Positions 25,801 to 40,583 of a stretch of DNA of 64,000 bases are shown one piece after another. The notes beneath the pieces were generated by a model. The model saw only the letters and a list, made by a program, of their open reading frames with translations. It was not told the DNA's origin and did not search any database. Position 1 is the stretch's first letter; each line of letters opens with the position of its first letter. The stretch is from Somniosus microcephalus. Lineage: Eukaryota. Location of the stretch: NCBI GenBank assembly GCA_052327205.1, contig CM126213.1, positions 111,538,001-111,602,000 on the forward strand, written 5' to 3'. A program made the translations under genes and the position numbers.

Positions 25801-28800
25801 CAATCTTTGTTTCGTTTTAATAACAAAGTGGAAATGATAAGAAACGACGATCTCGCAAGCGTGACATGAACTGAAAAATTATACCGCCAAAGAGCATATT
25901 GTGACACACTTTAGACCAAAAAGTTTCATTGTATCTGTAAAATTGTGTTTTTAAGTATCGGAGAAAAGTGTGAGTGATCCACATCAAGTTACAGAAATCA
26001 AAATAATGCGAATAGTAACGACATTACCTCCGTGAAATGTACTCCAAAAAAAACTTTACAACATTGTTTTTCATTAAAACGTGTTTGAGGAAATCACCAA
26101 CAAAAAGTGACTGTGCTGGTAGTGATTATGTTAAATTGAACAAGAGCCGTGGTATCTCGGAAAATAATTAAATAATTTACACTGTTACAAGGCAAAATAT
26201 TTTAGATGGCAACTTCTACTCCTGCAACTCAATTACAGTTTATCGATAATAAATGTAATATTCGTAACATTATCACTTTATTTCCTCTTTATACAATATT
26301 CAGTGACTTATCAGTTGCATTGATTTATATTGCTACATTTCACTTGTTTTAAATGAAGCAACAGAAACAATCTGTATATACTGATGGGACGTCTAAACAA
26401 TGCAAGATTAATTTCAGCGAATTTAAATGGTGATGCAATGCATATTTTATCAAGAAATTTGTTGTTTTATTAAATCCTAAGTAAAATACAGTTAATACAA
26501 AATGTGTTAGTTCAACTGTTACACAAAACTGTAACCAGACTTCGAAGATCACTAGATTACGGTTACAGGGTTGGAAACAGGCTGTCATAAAAGATTTGAA
26601 ATAGATAATAATTAAAAATGAAAAATAAAATAAATGTATATAACCTCCATAGACATATACATGTGTAAAATAGACATTGATCTATGTATTTATTTGTATG
26701 AACGTGCATAATTAGAAGGTTTCAAATAGAAGAATATTAAGACAAGTTGGGAGTTTTTGATCATGTGACTACATTTAATCATATATTCTACTAAGGATAA
26801 TGCTTGATATTCTGCAATGAGTTCCAAGATATGAAGGCACCAAAACATCTATCTATAGCAAAGTCTTGATAAAATGAGAAGTTCTCAATGTCTATGGTGA
26901 AACAATACATGCTGCGGCCAAAGAGGCAGCAAACTCTCAGCTACTGCTCTTGTGAATTTTAGACTGAATGTTTCCTTTTAATACAGTACTTTTCGAAAAC
27001 TAGTGAACTGTTTCAAGAGGGAATACTTAAAGAAATTCAATCTCAAGAATGCCTCTGCCCTTTCCCCTTTATTTTACACACAATGGCTTTAGCGTGTTTA
27101 ACAATAGCAATTCCTACTCCGGCAGAGACGTGCTATTTACCGTCCACAACCTGTAACGGCGCCGAACTATGCTTTTATTGTACAAAAGAGCACTTTATGC
27201 TATGGATGTCACATTGTCTCCGTGCACTGTGACCAGCATTTCATTCATCACATTCACCTTTTCTTTGGACAATATTTCTTGCTGTCTAAAGTTGGTTTCT
27301 ATGACACCTGGTCGGACAGTGAGTTCCATCGTGGAGTAACTCTTCAAGCCAGAGCAATGCACCTTATCGTCTCAGCGCCTGTGTGAGTATAAGGACAGCT
27401 TTATTTATGTTGGGGGCGCTGAAGAATTCAGTATCATCCCGGGTAGGGACAATGACTTTAGGAAGATGTAATCTTAAACCCAGAATCACAGGTTCGTTTA
27501 CTGCGACTACCGTAGAAAGCAAAAGAGTGGAATCTTCCAACCCAGCTACGGAGCTTGGCTGCCGCCTGACGTCTTCAGTGTGTCTGGCTACAGACTCGAG
27601 GCGTAGCCATCGGACACAAGGGAAGTCAACCTTCGTTTCTTTGTATTTGTTATTTCCTACAGTCTGACGTGTGATTAAATATTTGTTTTTTTTTTACTAA
27701 TCCGTGTACAATATGTGAAAGCATTACAGTTTGCACGAAAAAAGGCGGTATTTGCAAATTGTTCGAATTTGAATAATGGCTTCATTTTATAGTAAAAAGG
27801 GGCTTGATGGTAACATGAGACGTGTATTTGTACGGCAATCAGTTGTCTAAACACTTGAATGCCCTAATGCTGCAAACAGGCGTGGGACCAACTTCTAAAG
27901 TTTATATTTGATATAGACTTTTCAATTACATAACATTTGGACAAATAGATATCTGATAGGAACACTGCCATGTTCCCTTTGCCTCTGAAACTCGCGGGTT
28001 ACTGTTGACGTGTTAAGAATTGTCACCGCCTGCTTCTGACGTTGTGAATGTTTTTGTTTCTGTAACCTGTTTTCACTCCAGCAAGACAAACGTTTCTTAA
28101 AGCACAGCTGTATTGACGTAAACATATGTTAGTGCATTTTACTTACACAGCAAAGCAGAGAAAACAAACAGCCAGAATAAAAAAGCAATTTGGGGGGTTA
28201 TTTTAGAGATTATTAGGGTTATTTTGGCTCCTGCAGGTATATAACATTTCCCTGTAATGTTGAAATGTGAACTGAAACAATTCCTGAATATCAGCACTTG
28301 TAATTATATTAGTTTACTTAGATCTTTCTTTTGGAAACCTGGGAACAAACCAATTGCATAACACTTATTGTCGACACCGCGTAAATCTTCCATTTTCTTG
28401 GACTGATTTTTTTGCCACTGTATAATTACTGTAACTCTGTCTGAACTGTTTACTAGGCGATATTATATTTGTATTATTTTTGAATTATGTATGTCAAAAT
28501 AAATATAATTAATAGCAATTAAGTGAGCATACAAGAATATCAACGCATGCAGAAAGCTTTAGGAAGAATATTGTTACGAAGTTCGAAAAACAATAAAAAA
28601 TAATAATAATCAATAGTGTCGATATTTTAATATTGTGGTCGAAAACCAGATTTTCTGCAAACTTAGGTTTTACTTCGTTAAACTGTAATGTTAACTGTCA
28701 TAAGTATTCGTATAACAACAATCTATTTTAACACTATGTTGCCAGCCGATTGTAAAATTCTTCAGAAATGCTACCCTTTTCTCCACATAGAACGCAGTTT

Positions 28801-31800
28801 TCTAATAGTTACACGGCGTTCGAACAAATGTAGGCAATCTCCAAACGGGCGCCGTGTATCTCTGCAATTAAAAGTTTAAAATTAACCAACAGGTCACAAA
28901 GCAGTTTACAATAAACACATGCCGAAAAGGACTGTTTAAAGGCATTTGTTTCCGTGTCAGTCGGTTTCTTATCTTTGGGAAATACATCGTCGTAAAAGTA
29001 TTTATTTCGATCCTATTGCCTCAAAATTACAATCGACTATTTGACGGTGCACATTTGGGATGTACATGGGAACAAAATCTTCCGAATTTTGTGAAAGTTT
29101 CACACGTGACCAACATTTTGGAAACACGTGATTATGTGGACCTTAAGCACTTTTTAACATATTTGTGTGTCCGTGTCTATCCATCCGCCTCAAAAGCAAG
29201 GCTTTTATAGTTTAAATACGTATGAAAACCACTCACTATGTTCCTCGTCTGAGTATAAAATATCAAACATTCCAATCAAAGCACTTCACCAGTGCTGGAG
29301 GATCGACATTGTATCGCCCTCTTAACTGCTTTGATAAAGCAAATACAATATACAGACGCATTCTTTTGAATAAAACAATATCAATTTCTTGCCGTCTATG
29401 AATTGCAAATATATTGTGTTAATTTGGACTTTGATTAAAGACCGTAGTGCGATCGCAAATCACCTTTTTGTCTGACTTGATGCTTGGCTAAACCACAGAC
29501 TAACATTAAACAAGATCACACTCAAGTTAAGAAAATATTGTTATTTTTCTTTAATTGGGACAATTGGACTCCCGCGTGTTGGAGCTGTGGTTTTAACCAA
29601 CGGAACGGAAAACTGGAATGACACCACTTTGCACTTTAACAATCGGATTACATCAGGGTACAAGTTGTTTGTTTAACCCGACAGCTCTCTGCACCCCGTC
29701 GCATGCTTTACACACTCATTAAAACGATTATTCACGACCTGTCGAGTGTTTTCTAGTTCATTCACACGACGCCCTCAGCATTAGCTCAACCTATTGGGCC
29801 GGCGAGTCAGAAGAAAGAAAAGATCCGCACTTTCAAACAGCGGTGCCCAAACCGAGCTCGGACTCTACAGGTTGTAGTGGCTCACAGGAGACCAACACAC
29901 ACACACACACATAATGCCCACCTTCCTTATTATTGCAGAAAATCGGGTTGTGTGCAGAAATAATATTTCGAATAATGTACTATGAAATATACAGTTACCA
30001 CAAAAACTGCAATACACTGCAACAGGTTATCAATCAAATATTCTCAATAATACTTTCTGTTTATGATTTATTCAATGTTTATGCTAATTGCTAAATAGAT
30101 TAATAAATAAAAGGCAGTCTGCGTTCAACATTTTAGTTCAATGTACTACATCAGAGTGATTTAAAAATGTTTATGAGGAGTAAAATATACTAAGATTGAC
30201 AATTTATAAATCCATCAAATCTAGCTAATGAATCGATTAATACTTGTCATTTAAAACAAACAATAAGATAATTGAAAATATTTAAAGTGACGGAACCGAA
30301 ATAAAATGAAGCAGGTATCCGATTGTTGATTAAACAGCAAATACAACACAGCAAACGGGCACTGTTTGTTAATACCAACTTTATTATCACCCCGCACAAT
30401 AACAAGTAACACTGTTTTCAAGTGGAAATAATCTTTATTACTTGCTACGGCTATGCGAAGAGGTGGCACATATATTTTAAAGCGACATTTCTAATCATTA
30501 TTCAATAGTAAAGGGTTCAAATAAAGTGCTTTAGATTTTAACTTTCTGCTTGAAAACTGCACATTTAGATTGAAGCGCTATCGTCCATTTACTAAACACA
30601 ATCAGTGCTCCCAACAATCTCCTGCCGATATAATAGGTAGTTAAAAAAACACATATGTGACACGTTCTCTCAGATTATAAGAAGTTTGTTTCAAAACAAT
30701 ACGGTAATATTAACACAAGCCAATGACTATGTAGGTAATTACGTAAAAGTTTTCATAAATAGATAAACACGCAAATCAATACAAACCAAACCTTGTGTAA
30801 TTTGTGACCAATTCCTGATAAATGACTCATTTTAAATGTGTGGTTGACATGTTTACGCATTGCTATCCACAGTCGTTTTTTTTTTAGCACTATGAACGTA
30901 TTTTAAATATCAAAGCCGGTTTCAGCAGTAGTTTATTGTAACCAAGGTGAATGAGTAATTTAGTATAAGCTTGATACAAAAAACAACGATTATTTCTTGT
31001 CTATGCGATCGCCATTTATTGAGCAGATAATTTGTTGTACTCTGTGTTTCAATAATAATTCTAAGTATCCTGAGTTACACAACTCAATCTGTTAACCATC
31101 CTCGAGTTTTGGTATTTAATTTCGGTATTGGGTTAATATGAATGTGTTCAACACAAATTTACTTTCAGCGACAGTTTTTAGCCAAATGTGTAATTTATAT
31201 CAGGTTGATTGCGAGCTACTAGAAAGTGTTTTTTTGTGTTTTTCAACAGTGGTACATATAATTGTGTGCACCAGTCCGAGGTTTGATGTACATTAGTTTC
31301 CCATTCGGAATCGAACGTTTCTTACACGCTTCCGCAGATAAATCCCCACCGAGTCCCAAATGGTTTACACAATGTAATTACATAGGAGTGCATTCTCCAT
31401 TTCCTGAACATATAAACTAATATCAGAGTAGTAAATTCTTATTTACGCGATGTCAATATTGCTTTAATATTGGCATTACTCAAAACGTGGGGTGTTTACA
31501 GAACTTTGTTTTACAGTTTGGACCATTCCATGTTTAAGTTCATTTTCAGACAAAACAAAATGCCTCCAAAATGTTTATTTTCTCTTTTTGCCTCAAAAGT
31601 AGAATCTAATAACATTGAACGCGTTTACGTGGAAATATATTTGAATCTCTTTTAAAGGAAGTGAAGTATGACATCTTTCAGAGAAAAAGGGAAACAGTTA
31701 CATATATAAATTAATTTTAGCGAGAAGGAGAATTGAAATGAATCCTAGGAGATAATTATTGTAAAAAAAATGACAGGATGCAGCAACTGTTAATGCACAA

Positions 31801-33608
31801 AGACAAGGTGCAGTGTAATTGTTAAAGCAATTACCAGCATTTTATATTAAATATTGAGGTGTGAACTTTGCGTAGCTTCAATAGCAGCCATTATATGTTA
31901 TGAGGGGAGTTGACATTTGAATGGGAACTTGTTTGCTTTACACGACAAAGAGCCTTGTAAATGTTGTATTGTTCTTCTTGGATATTTAATTCGGTTAAGC
32001 AAAGTGTTTTTGTTAGTTTGGATATTTTCACCGTACAGAATCTTCCCTGGTGTAACGAACACACACACATGCGTTCTTCATCGGGTAACCTTCAGTATCT
32101 CTCAGTTACTCGTCAAGCCAAACACTGTAAAATGATACCTACAGTTGCTTGTGCTGTATCATAGATAAATAAATAATCCTTCACTTCACTCTCATTTATG
32201 AAATATGGAATTATGACAAGCAGGATCTCTGTATTTAATGGCGTGGCACCGCTGGAAGTGACTTTCCGATTTATTTCTTTAAACAATAAGAAATAATTGG
32301 CGTTTTGAAATCATTTTCCAATGGACACACAGCTTTCTATTACTGCCTCCCTATAGGAGCATTGCTACATCTATACAGGCGCTGATTGTTAATGTTTTAC
32401 AAGTCGCATACAGCTATTGTTCAAATAGCGAGAATCTTGACGGCGACTCGTGTTCAACAAATGTGCACATTTGTGGTTTTAGTGGTCGGTGGGATAAAGA
32501 GTTAGGGATTGCTCAAGCTAATTGATGAGCGATTAATACGAAAATGCTTTCTTCTTTCGGATATAAGGGGCGCATTCTCCTTAAATGTAATCACAAACAC
32601 CGCATTCCATATCAACGTTAATGTTCGTTCTATATATTCCATGTAGTAGTTTTCTATTGTAAAATCTACCAATGCACCGAGATTCGACAAATCCCACATT
32701 CATCATTTTTAAATCAATTCGCTGTAGTGAAAGCCATTGTTTGCTGCTGCTAAATATACTTGTAAAACATGCACCAATATTTAGTTTAGTTTATGCACAC
32801 ATAGGCACCCCTTTTAGGGAATCTACAATTGAATATTTAAGAACGGTTAGAGATGTGAGGTACCGTGAAAGTATAATTCCCCGTGAGACGCGCGCGCGCA
32901 CAAAATGTTATCCTAAAGGCCATTCGACCTTTTAAATATATCTGGTGAGCATTTAAACTCTCCGTTAATAAATTCAATTGTGCTGTTCAGTAGACGTTAT
33001 CGACAAAAGTGCGAACAATAGAGAGTTGCGCAATGCCAACATGGTAACAATACTAAATGATGAAAATTCGACTGACTGAACGACATCTGTTATTTCAAGT
33101 GTCAAAATATTAAGTGATATTAAAAATGCAACGAAAAGGAGCTATTAAATCTAACGTTATTAAATCTGTGCCGATAAATGTTGTTTAAAGTGTACTCAAA
33201 ACATATCCACGCTCCCAAATGATATAGAATTCTTTATCACTATTAAGAAAAGAATAAGACATATAGTTTGAATTGATTAATGGATGTTTACTCTGCTTAA
33301 GAACTCGTTTTTGATCACCATGTCTGTAAGGCAAAATATTTGTTCACAAAATGTAGACAACTTTTATTCCTTAAAATCTTTGCATTTTACTACCTGCCCA
33401 AATAACTCCGTTAAATCCTATTCTTTATTTATTTAAATATGTTTGAAGGTAATCCCGAGAGCATTTTTGGTCATTTGAAAAGTCGAGCATGTGACTTCTA
33501 CGCGAATTCCTCTTTTGAGTAGATATTGAATTGCTGCTAAAACTGTGTACACGTTTCTGAGCGTCGACACGTTTAAAGCCTTGTTATAAACGCAGGGTCG
33601 CTGCCATA

Positions 33609-33768
33609 CGGGTTCCGTTCCCACCGGCGCTAAAGTTCAGTAGTGTAAATCTGGAACCCGATTCTACTCCGAGCGATGTAGAATTGAGTCCACTCCTGGC
33701 TCCGGAGTCAGATCGAACTCCTGACTTCGGATTTACACTACACGGTTGGAGTCGGTGAGAAGAGAACC
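33609..33768. repeat. Nested inverted repeats (multi-stem hairpin, MITE-like remnant)
   Basis: CGGGTTC..CACCG pairs with CGGTG..GAACCCG; GTAGTGTAAATCTGGA with TTCGGATTTACACTAC; ATTCTAC with GTAGAAT; TCCGGAGTCAG with CTGACTTCGGA. Confidence 0.65.
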
Positions 33769-36700
33769 CGCTTGGTGCCGATAGTGGTGTAAATGCGTAA
33801 TGTTCAAAAGACAATCGAATACATGCATTATGTTTTTGAAACACAGACACAAGCTGTGAAGGAAAGCGAGAGAGGGGAAGAAAGAGCGAGATTAGATAGA
33901 CAGTGAAAGAGACCTGTTGTTAGAGTCTCATTGCTTTACCAACAGCGCCCCCACGCTACCATTGACTGTTGTTATAAAAAAACTTCCATTTTTTTAAAAG
34001 GTTGTCAATAAATAAAATCAAAACGGAAAAGAAGCTAAATGAATCTGTCTTCTAACGGAATAATGTTTTTTTTTCTAGCATATATTACATTTCAAGCAAT
34101 ATTTATGATTACCTGTGCGAAATGTGCGGCGTGAAGACTCGTGAGACTTTAGGCTGTGCAGAAGCTCTGACGATGCCGAAAATAATAGTTTTAACTTCGT
34201 GAAAATACCTCGGAATTGAAAATGAATTATCAGGGAAATGTGCTTAGTTCTATGACAGACGCATTGTGTTGAGATTGAATAAAACACTGTATATATTGAG
34301 TTCATAACAGTAAGGGAGCGCGAACAAAGTGACCTGTCACAGTCAATAACGTTAAGGTACAGAACCAAGTCTGCGACTCACGCGATGCCCAGTTTATGAA
34401 CAACTATACGGACTATTTAACTGTTGGCCTGTACGTGTGCAAATAAATGTATTTACAAACACATTCGTTCTGAAAGATTATATACAAACAAACGTTTGTT
34501 TAGTAGACGAGTAATTGTACAATTTGTGGGCTATTGCATTTGTGTATATTAATCTCGTTGTACCGCCCGGATGATGCTTTGTATGTGCAGTGAAAAAACG
34601 TTTATTTTCAAGATTATTACCTCTAGCTATCAATCGATATATGCATAATAACTATTACAACAATATTTAAATGGATAGTTATAATATTTATATATATAGA
34701 TGGGGTCAGAAATAAAGATGTTTGTATATTATCTATAGGCATAAACAGTCATTTGGAAAACAGCTCCGTTTTGCAATCTACATACAAAGCATTATGTAAA
34801 TAATATAACGAAATTGAAGTACTAAACCCCTCATGTTCTTTGAATAACACTTAGTGTATCCAATATTTTATACCGTGCCGTTAATCAGCTGTAAAAAAAA
34901 GGCCAAATTAGAGCTTACGGATTATCCTATTGCATTATCTAAACCAGTAAATAGCTACATTTCACGCCATTGTTAAATGTAAGCGTTGCGTGTATATAAC
35001 ATAAAATAAAATAGGCACAACCTCTGTGAAGCAAAGAGCTTCAATAACACCCCGCGAGATAGAGGACGCAATGCCCGCTTTTTAATTGCAATTAACACAC
35101 AGAACACTTTTTATTGCACTAATATAGTGTTTGAAATTAATTCTAAGTGATAAATTTTACATTATTAATGATGTACATTCACATGTTTTCACTAACTACA
35201 GCGGTGTAAGTTACATACATGCTCCGTTTCATAATTTCAAAGAATTTGAGAATTCATATTTAATATAAAAATATAGAAACGTTTAAAATTTTAGTCAGGG
35301 AAATGTCGATAAAGAAAATTTAAAGGCAAAGATATTGATGTTGTCTGTGAAACACGATTATGTACAAGGCTCAATACAGAACAAAGGGTTTCTATACAGA
35401 TATTACATTTCAACATAATGTTGGTATTTTGTTACATAATTTTAACAATATGAAATAAGTCCAAGTACCAGTTTTGGTAATTGTGTAGTTCTACTTATTT
35501 TGCCAACAATCCTATCTTCTCTTTTTGTTTTCGTTTAATGCATTCAGTAACTGACTCGCAATGAAATATGTAACGTGAATCTTCTCTCAAACACTTGCAT
35601 CTAAATTTAATATTAAGGAACAATTTGCAGATTATTATCAAGAAGTAAATATAAACTAATTTAACGCAGCTCACCAGCAGCGCAGAAACACTATTCGACA
35701 ATATATGGATCATTTTAGATATGCGCATTGCTAATTACATTTTTTGTTTCCAATTACCATATATCACATTAATAAAGTATTGTATACAAGTGCCTTGACG
35801 ACGGCAGTCGCCACAGCTAAAGTTTGTTTAAAACTTTAACATTTAAATAAATAATCAAATAATGAATAGTATTTGCGTAAAGAAAATCACACTATGTTAT
35901 AAAAAGTGAGTGCGCTGATTCATTGCTTTTAATCGGATGTTATTTACTTATCATTTTAGTTATCGCGGGTTAGATCATAAGTGTTGATTCCTTTTATTAG
36001 CGTTTTGTTTTATTTTAGGTATTGCAGTCTTATTTTACTGGTTGCCTACCTATTATGGATTGAGGCTAAAATCTTGGTCCGGTTTCTATGTCGCTGCCAT
36101 CTGTTTCGAGTCAATTGTAGTGAGGCTTGGCCAGTAAAGTTTACAGTGCGCAAGAACTCCGCCCTCTGGGCACCATTCACACATCTCTAAAACCTCTAAT
36201 GATCTTCACCTTCACCTTTGCCTAACCCAGCAAACACCACGTTTGACCCAAACGGATCGAGCCGAAATTTCGAGCCTGAGTTATCGGAAATAATCCCTTC
36301 TATATCTGGTTAAATAAATAAACAAAGAATTAAAAACCTTTCCAAGTAGTCAGCTCTGTCTAGTTTTTCCTTAACATGGGTATTTGGAGGTAGGCAATAC
36401 AGTTAAGTAGAAATAAACCGAGGGAGAAGGTATTACGTGTAATTTCAATAAACTGCAACAAAGATGAAGCTGGCAAAAAGTAAATTATTTTCTTGACTGT
36501 AGAGATTGTATTTTGCGATTAATCAAATTCAAATTACAATTATCTGAAATGATATAATTGCTTTCTACTATACCTTTGTATTGTCACAAGTATTGTCACA
36601 AGAATCGCCTCATATTGTAAGACATACCACGCAGCTGACACGTAAAGTATTGCCGCATTACCCATAATATTGGTCACAGATTCTGTACACTACTGGAAAC

Positions 36701-39699
36701 TTACATATCGCAACCAAATAAAAGTGATCACACATTCACATTTTGTGTTATTTTCGAAGTGAAAGTGTCCCTCACACAAATACGTGCAATGCTCAATACT
36801 GAGCTACCTTGGACTCATGTGAGGAGCCCAGCTTCATGTTTGATATACTTCCGCTTTGAGATGCATTAATAGTAACAATGTACAACATATAGTTTGGCTT
36901 TTGGATTTTTTTCTTAGAACAACCCAGTCATTTCAACATATTTTCCAGGTATTTAGCAAACTTGAAAAATAAACCATTACATTCGAAATGCTGAATTATT
37001 TCAGCATAGAATTGTATTTCGAATCTATTAGTTAAGAGAAGTTATTGTTCTGATCACTGGGGAATATTTGATTTAAAAACTTATAGCTAACTAGGAGTCA
37101 TACATACAGCATCAGTTAATCGGCCTGCCTCGCTTTTAACATGTATTGTTATTGCTAAATTTCACTGCCAGTGGATTTGATCTGCTTTAGTGTAAGGGTA
37201 ATTGGAGATCTGATGTGTTTTCATGTTGGATGTTCGCTCAATCACAGCCGAGTATTTTCGGGACCAGAAATACTGTTGCGATCCAGTTCCCCTCCCAATC
37301 CGTCGACACACAAAGCGACTTGACAATAGAATAGTAACACAGTTGCGATATTAAATACACGGTTTCCTTTTGTTTGGATCACCCGCCTTCTGTTGTACAT
37401 AAGTCAGATTTATACCAGATTAGTAAAAACTTGAGAATTTCTAGTCGGTTGCAAGTAATCATGAAAGTATTTTGGTGCGGATTCTGACAACCTTATTAGA
37501 AATACTTTGTGGGAATTTGTATCGTAACCATGCAATTTTAAATTTGGGAATAGCATAATTTCTTTAAATTATATAATCTGTAAAACTACGATTTTCTGCT
37601 CATGGTGGTAATTAGAGCGTTAGATTAACTAACGCGTTGGTCACAGTGTCTAGTTAAATCACATTTCAAGTAAAACAATGAAATAAAGACTGTGCAACGC
37701 AATAACACATATATATATATATTTCAAACAATCTTCGCAAACTAACGCCGAATTATAACAGTTAAATAATAAATATACTGTGGACTTACCAAATGCAAGA
37801 CATTGCATCTCGGCTCCACCTCCCGCCTCTGAAGTTTCACTGACGTTAAGACAGAAGAAGGCTGCGATTTTCTTCCCGTAAAACGGCAGACTTACACTTT
37901 ATGAAAAACCTTTAAACTTTTAACCAAATGTATCATGTTCTTTTTAAAGTTACATTAAGGTTAACTATCTAACAGGACCACAGATCTGAAAAGCACCGGT
38001 GCCTTTAAGCTGTGCTGTAATAAAATAATCAGCACTTAATAAAGACGCTATGTATTTTTTTGCAATAGGCTGTACACAGCATATTATCAACAGATAGATT
38101 AACTTTATTTTCTAGTTCCGGACCGCTGGTTTTGAGAGAAACGGGCTATATTTTCTCCGTAACACGTATGGAGCAGTCAGCGGCACGGATAACAGCCAAC
38201 GTCACTGCGTCTTGCCACTATGTAAATGAACCTTCACGTTTCTTTAGCAGTTAAAAAAGACTATTATTAATAGATCCCTACAATTGCTCCTCGCAAACTC
38301 TAGTTTCTCTTTCCAACTAAATTTGCTTGTATTTAATTCGCGAGACACACTTCCTTCTTTCCTATAACCCCGCTTAACTTTGGAGCGATAACATCTAGAG
38401 CAGAGATTCATTTTACTTCGGGCCTATTGTGAGAGGCACTGGCCTTATTGCATTACTCGTGGGCATATTTCATGCAATACAAGGAGAACAAATAAGGAAA
38501 ACACCCCGCGCAGGCCTACAGGCGGATCGGATTTGCCGGAAATGTGTTAGCAAAGGTTTTCTCACAATATGGTATCTTCCGTGTCGAGATGTTCCCTATT
38601 ATCATAAGGATCTTTAATATTTTTATTTATAAGTGGCATTACCAAAAGGACAAGTAATAGTTTCAGAATCCTTGCGTAAGTTAATCTGATCTTGACTGAA
38701 ATAACAAAGGCACAAAGCATCCATTTATACAGGCTATCATTTATACCCCAGATTAGGTGAGTTCCCTTTAAAGCAAATAATAAAGTTCTGTTTCTGAATG
38801 TTCAAGATGCCCAAAGTACACGCGGCACTTGGCAGCTTTCAGTTCCAACATTCATTTGGCTTCACAGGCCTTGCGCTCCAATATAATTTTAAAATTAATT
38901 TGGCATTTCGTAATAGTAACTTGCCGTCATTAGAATATTTCTGGCAACAAAATATTGATTTATAAACTTTCAACTAGGTTTCCAGGCGGAGCGTTTTTTT
39001 AAAATCACGTTTAGATTTTATATTCAGTATTATGGGATGCTTTGGATTGTTAATATATTTTTCGAAGACTATGGATTGTTTCAAAAATGCAGCGTCCTTG
39101 TAAAATAACAGACCTACACGCTCAATGAAACCAGATTTAACGTTCAGATCAAAATTATACCACAGTAGCAACAATATTGTTTTGTTAAATAGAAAATATC
39201 TACACCAGCGTGTCCTGTGCGATTTACAATATAAATAAATGACACATCAAGGATAAATGGTTTAAAGAATATCACAATAGTGAAATAAACGTTGATAGGA
39301 AATTCTTTTAGAAATGATTTCCAACCTATTGTTTATTTTAAAGTATATAATTTGGAATATGCTGAAAACTGAACGGTTCTGAAGACACATTGTGCGATTA
39401 TATAAAACATCTATTAAGAACTGTAACAAATATTTTCAATTAAAATAATTGAAGATGGTAATTAAATGGTAACCTAACTCAAATACTGTACCAAAGATTC
39501 AGGTTAAATATGGGTGACTATAATAGGATCATTTAGGCCTAGAAAACGTGGACTTCCATTCCCAACTCTCTGACAGACTCTCGTCTCTTTTAGACGGGGT
39601 TCAGGAATGCACGCGGTAGGAAAGCCACCATTTAAAATATTACTGCAGATAACTATTGCATTTAGTCGTGATAAAGAAAAGGACAAGATGTCAACGTTT

Positions 39700-40583
39700 C
39701 TGAATGTAACCTATTTTTTTTATTTCGGTGCCTTCTGTATAGTAAACATTTTAAGTGACAACACGGGCATATGATCACAATATCACAATCATGAAATTTA
39801 GAGACGACATTAACAATCACTCAAGGAATTTATGAGGCATTTAAGCAACACAGGTTACACGTCCGCAAAATTTATCTTTTAAGTACAATAGGTTTACACA
39901 TTTCACTACATTTACATAAAGAAATGAAAAGGGACCTGTTAGTGACCACATACATCGAATTATGCACAACACAAACTAAAGGCAATCATCAATTTTGTCC
40001 CCTTCTGATTCTTTGCAGGCAGTGTTGTAAACTGGAATATAGGAATTATTTTCAAAGTACTTGTTCTTTTAAACAAGGAGTGCATTTCTAGCCCCGTCTT
40101 TGGTCTAAAAGTAAACATGAACCATTTTGTAACCAAATGGGAAAAATGACCGAAAGGTTAGGCATATTTTAAGTAAGGTTATGAAATACAAATCAAGCTT
40201 TAAATTTTGATTATTTTTAGTGAAAAAATGTTTCCGCTAATATTGAAATCAGCAGCCACCAACAAAGCCATGATAACTTATAATACTGCAAACATGGAAA
40301 TCTGGTGGAACAATTGAAACATACCTGCCTAATTTAAACTTAGTTGGAATGCAGTCATTTTTAAATACACAGTCTACATTAATTTAACTAGTGGTTTCCT
40401 ATCTAAACCGCCTCAAATTGCACATTGCTGAAATTGAATAAACAAACAACCCTACGGGATTTGACAAAATGCAGACAAAAAAATGGGGACTTGAATAAAA
40501 ATACCTGGGCTTCTTATTTTGAGAATTATTTACAACGCAAATGTGTGTAAAACGTTAACTTACAGTCTTTTCGAAGGGATTTG
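39700..40583 (-). promoter_or_regulatory. FOXG1 3'UTR with miRNA seed sites
   Basis: mRNA-sense sites: ACCAAAGA (miR-9 8mer, 40097-40104), CAGTATTA (miR-200b/c/429 8mer, 40281-40288), CACTGCC (miR-34 7mer-m8, 40018-40024), TGTTTAC (miR-30 7mer-m8, 40111-40117), AATGCAC (miR-33 6mer core, 40080-40086). Confidence 0.75.
39719..39724 (-). terminator. Candidate FOXG1 polyadenylation signal AATAAA
   Basis: TTTATT on the plus strand, ~860 nt past the stop, at the end of a U-rich 3'UTR-like block. Confidence 0.55.

Noticed and set aside
36578-36603. 12-bp tandem duplication GTATTGTCACAA x2
   Set aside because: Ordinary slippage duplication with no further structure.
38177-38198. RE1/REST-like site GTCAGCGGCACGGATAACAGCC
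   Set aside because: Mismatches in both core half-sites (CAGCACC and GGACAG); too weak without ChIP data.
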